A stretch of DNA of 64,000 nucleotides. Source: an uncultured delta proteobacterium (lineage in GTDB: Bacteria > Myxococcota_A > Polyangia > Fen-1088). The notes under the pieces were generated by a model, which worked only from the letters and a program-made list of their open reading frames with translations, was not told the DNA's origin and did no database searches. This document shows positions 60,990 to 64,000 of the stretch, in pieces. A program made the translations under genes and the position numbers. The DNA lies in contig CAVYGB010000008.1 of the NCBI GenBank assembly GCA_963767925.1, positions 32,001 to 96,000 of the forward strand, in the 5' to 3' direction. The number at the start of each line of letters is the position of its first letter. Position 1 is the stretch's first letter.

Positions 60990-62255
60990 ATGCGCACCGG
61001 CGGTCAAGAGCGGCGGAAGGTGCGTCGGGCGGCCGGCCGGCGCCCGGGCCCGGCGCTGACCGTCGCCACCCGGATGGCGGTGCTGTCGGAGATCGCGGGG
61101 GCGGTGAGCGGCGGGGGCAGCGCCGCCCGCCAGCTTCGCAAGATCGTCGAGGCCCTGGCGGCTGCTTTGCCCGGAGTCCCCCTGGTGAGCGTGACGGTGG
61201 CCGGCGCGAACGGCCTGCGCACCGTGTTCGCCCGGGGCAACGGCAGCTCGCCCCGGGGCACGACGGTACGCTGGGAGGGGGGAGACCACCCCGGCCTATG
61301 GCCCCGGAGCGAACGTTTCGTCAGCGGAGACCTGAGCAGCGTGCTGCCCGCGTTGCCCCCCCAGGTGGCCGGCCTGCTGCGGGGCCTCGCCCAGGGCGCG
61401 CTGGGGCTGCTGCCGCTCGGCCGGCGTGGCCACCCCTTCGGGCTGTTGCTGCTGGCCCGGGCGGCGGGACGTTTCGGGCAGGGCGAGCGCGGGTTGCTGC
61501 GGGCGGCGGCTCGCCAGGCCGCCCGGGTGCTCGAGCTGAACGACGCCCTGGCGCGGACCCGGGACGCGCTCGAGGCGCGCGACCAGTTCCTGGTGCTGGC
61601 CAGCCACGAGCTGGCCGGGCCGCTCGCCACCGCCTCCCTGCTGGCCACCGCGGTCGAGCTGGCGGTCGAGCGCAAGCCGGGCACCGTCGACGACCAGACG
61701 CGGGCCGCCCTGCGCATGACACGCGACCAGCTCGACCGGGCCTCCGCCCTGGTGCGGCGGCTGGCCGAGGCGGCCCGGCGCTCGCACCAGCGCCCGGAGC
61801 CGCACCGGGCGCCGATGGATCTGGCGGCGCTGGTCGAGGCGGTGGTGGCGGAGCTGCGGCTGCGCGACCCCCGGGGCAACAGCCTGGAGCTGCGGCTGCA
61901 GGCGCCCCACCTCGTCGGCCAGTGGGACCGCTCCCAGCTCCAGCAGGTGGTGGAGAACCTGCTCACGAACGCCCTCAAGTTCGGGGCCGGGCGGCCGGTG
62001 CAGGTGGCCCTCACCCCGGTGGGCAGCGGCGCCGTGCTGCGGGTCAAGGACGAGGGGATCGGCATCGCCCGCGCCGATCAAGCCCGCGTCTTTCGTCGCT
62101 TCGTGCGGGCGGTCCCCCACCGGACCTACCCGGGCATGGGGCTCGGCCTCTGGCTGGTGAGCGAGATCGTGAGCGCCCACGGCGGGCGGATCTCCCTGCA
62201 GAGCGAGCCAGACCGGGGCTCGGAGTTCGTTGTCTGGCTGCCCGCCGCCGGCTAG
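60990..62255 (+). CDS. GAF-containing sensor histidine kinase (alternative start 61074)
   Basis: LASHELAGPL, NLLTNALKFG, DEGIGI, GMGLGL, HGGRI. Confidence 0.88.
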   Translation: MRTGGQERRKVRRAAGRRPGPALTVATRMAVLSEIAGAVSGGGSAARQLRKIVEALAAALPGVPLVSVTVAGANGLRTVFARGNGSSPRGTTVRWEGGDHPGLWPRSERFVSGDLSSVLPALPPQVAGLLRGLAQGALGLLPLGRRGHPFGLLLLARAAGRFGQGERGLLRAAARQAARVLELNDALARTRDALEARDQFLVLASHELAGPLATASLLATAVELAVERKPGTVDDQTRAALRMTRDQLDRASALVRRLAEAARRSHQRPEPHRAPMDLAALVEAVVAELRLRDPRGNSLELRLQAPHLVGQWDRSQLQQVVENLLTNALKFGAGRPVQVALTPVGSGAVLRVKDEGIGIARADQARVFRRFVRAVPHRTYPGMGLGLWLVSEIVSAHGGRISLQSEPDRGSEFVVWLPAAG

Positions 62256-62279
62256 ACCCGCTCTGGAGAGGGGACATGA

Positions 62280-63164
62280 TCAGGCGCCGCGTTCGACGGC
62301 GGGACCCCGAACGGCTGGTGCGCTCTTGACGAGGAGCCCGTAGAGGCCCATCAGGGCGAGGCTGACAACCAGGTAGACCAGCACCTCGGCTACCACCAGC
62401 CGGGGGCGCTCGGTGAGGCTGGCCAGCATGAGGGCCAGGGCCGGAAAGCGCAGGGTGCTCGCGCTCGCGAGCACGGTCCGGGTCTCCCGCTCGGGCCCAC
62501 CGAGCACGTGGCCGATGGAGATCGCGCCCAGGGCCACGCCCGCGGCCGCCAGCCAGCCCCGGGTCCCCACCGCGAGCAGCTCGCGCCAGGTGGCCAGGAG
62601 GGCGAAGACCACCACCGCGGCCAGCGTCAGGTTGACCGTGAGCGCGAGGTAACGGCGGGCGCGGTCGGAGAAGGCGGGGAGGGCGCGGGCCACCAGCGCC
62701 CCCAGGGCCATCGGGACGAGGGCCTTGAAGAGGACCACCTTCGCCACCTGGGCAGGACCCAGGTCGAGGTTCCGGTGATGGATCGCGCTCAGCAGGGCCA
62801 CCGCCAGCGGCAGGAAGGCGATGCTGAGGGAGAGGACCAGCAGGTTGAGCTCGAAGGCGTAACGGGCCTGCAGGGGCGGGACGGCCATGCGTTTCATCGC
62901 CGTCACCGGGCCCATCCCCACTGCCAGGATGACGATGAAGAGGCCCTCCGTGATCACCTGCGAGGGATGCAGCACCCGCACGAACAGCAAGGTCCAGGCC
63001 GGCACCAGCACCAGGATGGCCAGCAGCGCCCGCGCCGCCAGCCCGGGACGCCGGCGCAGAAAGCCCCTCTCCCTGGGCTGCGCCGACAGCCCGGTGGTGA
63101 AGGCCGCCAGCGGCACGGCGATGGCCAGCGCCACCCGAAACACCTCGACGAGCGATGACCTCAT
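62280..63164 (-). CDS. bile acid:sodium symporter-like membrane transporter
   Basis: About 9 hydrophobic segments; RRPGLAARALLAI, LVPMALG, GHVLGGP..ETRTVLA. Confidence 0.72.
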   Translation of the reverse strand: MRSSLVEVFRVALAIAVPLAAFTTGLSAQPRERGFLRRRPGLAARALLAILVLVPAWTLLFVRVLHPSQVITEGLFIVILAVGMGPVTAMKRMAVPPLQARYAFELNLLVLSLSIAFLPLAVALLSAIHHRNLDLGPAQVAKVVLFKALVPMALGALVARALPAFSDRARRYLALTVNLTLAAVVVFALLATWRELLAVGTRGWLAAAGVALGAISIGHVLGGPERETRTVLASASTLRFPALALMLASLTERPRLVVAEVLVYLVVSLALMGLYGLLVKSAPAVRGPAVERGA

Positions 63165-63599
63165 TGCTCTCAAGATGGTCCGCCCGCGATCGCCTGGCAG
63201 CGCGCGCGGCCTGACTCCCCTCGGGATCCGCGGGCCACCGACAGCCGCGCGCAGAGAGGGAGAGAGAGAATTAAGCTAGGCTAGCCGCCGTCGCGCGCCT
63301 GCGGGCGTTGACCATCCGGGCCGGGCGCCCAGCGCCCGCCAGGCGGGCGGCAGCGTCGCTCGCCGGCTGACACCCTGCCCGTGGACTGGAAGGAGCGATA
63401 CCCGTCACGGAGGGCCAGCGTTCCGGCGCACATGGATATGCTGGGAAGTTATGGCGCCTGCGCGGCCGCGACAAGCGGGAGCCCGCCTTGGCGGGGGCCA
63501 CCGACGGCGGGCTCAGCCGGACCGGCCGGCGCGGGAGTGGCCTGTGAGTGGCTTGCGCAATTCATTCGCCCCCTCGCGAAACGAGCCCACGATCGAGAC

Positions 63600-64000
63600 G
63601 TGAAGATCTTCATCATCGACGACCACGTCATGTACCGCGAGGGTCTGAAGTCCGTGCTGGCGTCGGCCGCCGATCTGCAGGTGGTGGGAGAGGCGGGCAC
63701 GGCCCGCGGCGCCTTTCCGCTCATCGATGCCCGCCGCCCCGACGTCGTGATCCTGGACCTGCTCCTGCCCGGCATGGATGGCTGCAGCGCCGCCCGCGAG
63801 CTGGGCCGGCGCCTGCCACATGGCAAGGTGCTCGTGTTGACCGGCTGCGATTCCATCCACGATCTGTTCAACGCCCTGAGCGCCGGGGTCACCGGCTACA
63901 TGCTGAAGTCCGACCCCACCGCCGCCCTCCTCGAGGCCCTGCGCTGCGTGTGCCGGGGGGAATGTTACCTGACGCCGGTCCTGGCCACGCATTCGCAGGA
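63600..64000 (+). CDS. NarL/LuxR family response regulator, 3' truncated by window edge
   Basis: GTG 63600; KIFIIDDHVMYREGLKSVL, LDLLLPGMDG, GYMLK; similar to 33499-34152. Confidence 0.9.
   Translation, partial: MKIFIIDDHVMYREGLKSVLASAADLQVVGEAGTARGAFPLIDARRPDVVILDLLLPGMDGCSAARELGRRLPHGKVLVLTGCDSIHDLFNALSAGVTGYMLKSDPTAALLEALRCVCRGECYLTPVLATHSQ

Noticed and set aside
59382..62255. 957-aa ORF as a natural double-kinase fusion
   Set aside because: The middle is off-frame Gly/Arg/Ala-rich sequence. Two kinases with a frameshift at about 60372 explain it better.
29900..64000. regulator-rich right half as a mobile genomic island
   Set aside because: No integrase, transposase, tRNA or att repeat was seen, and I could not quantify any compositional shift.

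Overview
This is a high-GC, gene-dense window whose gene content is typical of a myxobacterium (inferred from a TIGR03001-like sigma factor, a Zn-finger/kinase/ATPase/TPR protein, a PilZ protein and an Oar-like TonB receptor). The left part (1 to about 29.9 kb) opens with the 3' end of a Wadjet-II JetD-like gene. It then carries a PelA-like protein, YaeQ, P-II, a REC-EAL phosphodiesterase, a lipoprotein/CotH pair, purM, a lipoprotein/TonB-receptor pair, rtcB, PilZ and map. The best candidate for an undescribed system is 12061-17016. There, a sigma-54 activator with a NorR-type GAF domain faces a three-gene periplasmic operon encoding an atypical MauG-like di-heme enzyme, a Tat-exported metallophosphoesterase and a SoxA/TsdA-like monoheme cytochrome. 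The spacer holds a -24/-12 promoter and three CAACG-N6-CGGTG sites. The right part (30-64 kb) is rich in regulators. It has six NarL/LuxR-type genes, two of them duplicated REC-HTH-REC proteins with a shared upstream element. It also has a 165-bp degenerate palindrome bounded by CTAG, a sigma/kinase pair upstream of a flavoprotein-acetoacetate decarboxylase fusion, an FGE beside a deleted-and-inverted HAD pseudogene, glycoside hydrolases and two histidine kinases. Two 1-nt frameshifts may be sequencing errors. I saw no rRNA, tRNA, CRISPR array, integrase or transposase. All family calls come from motif recognition by eye, not database searches.
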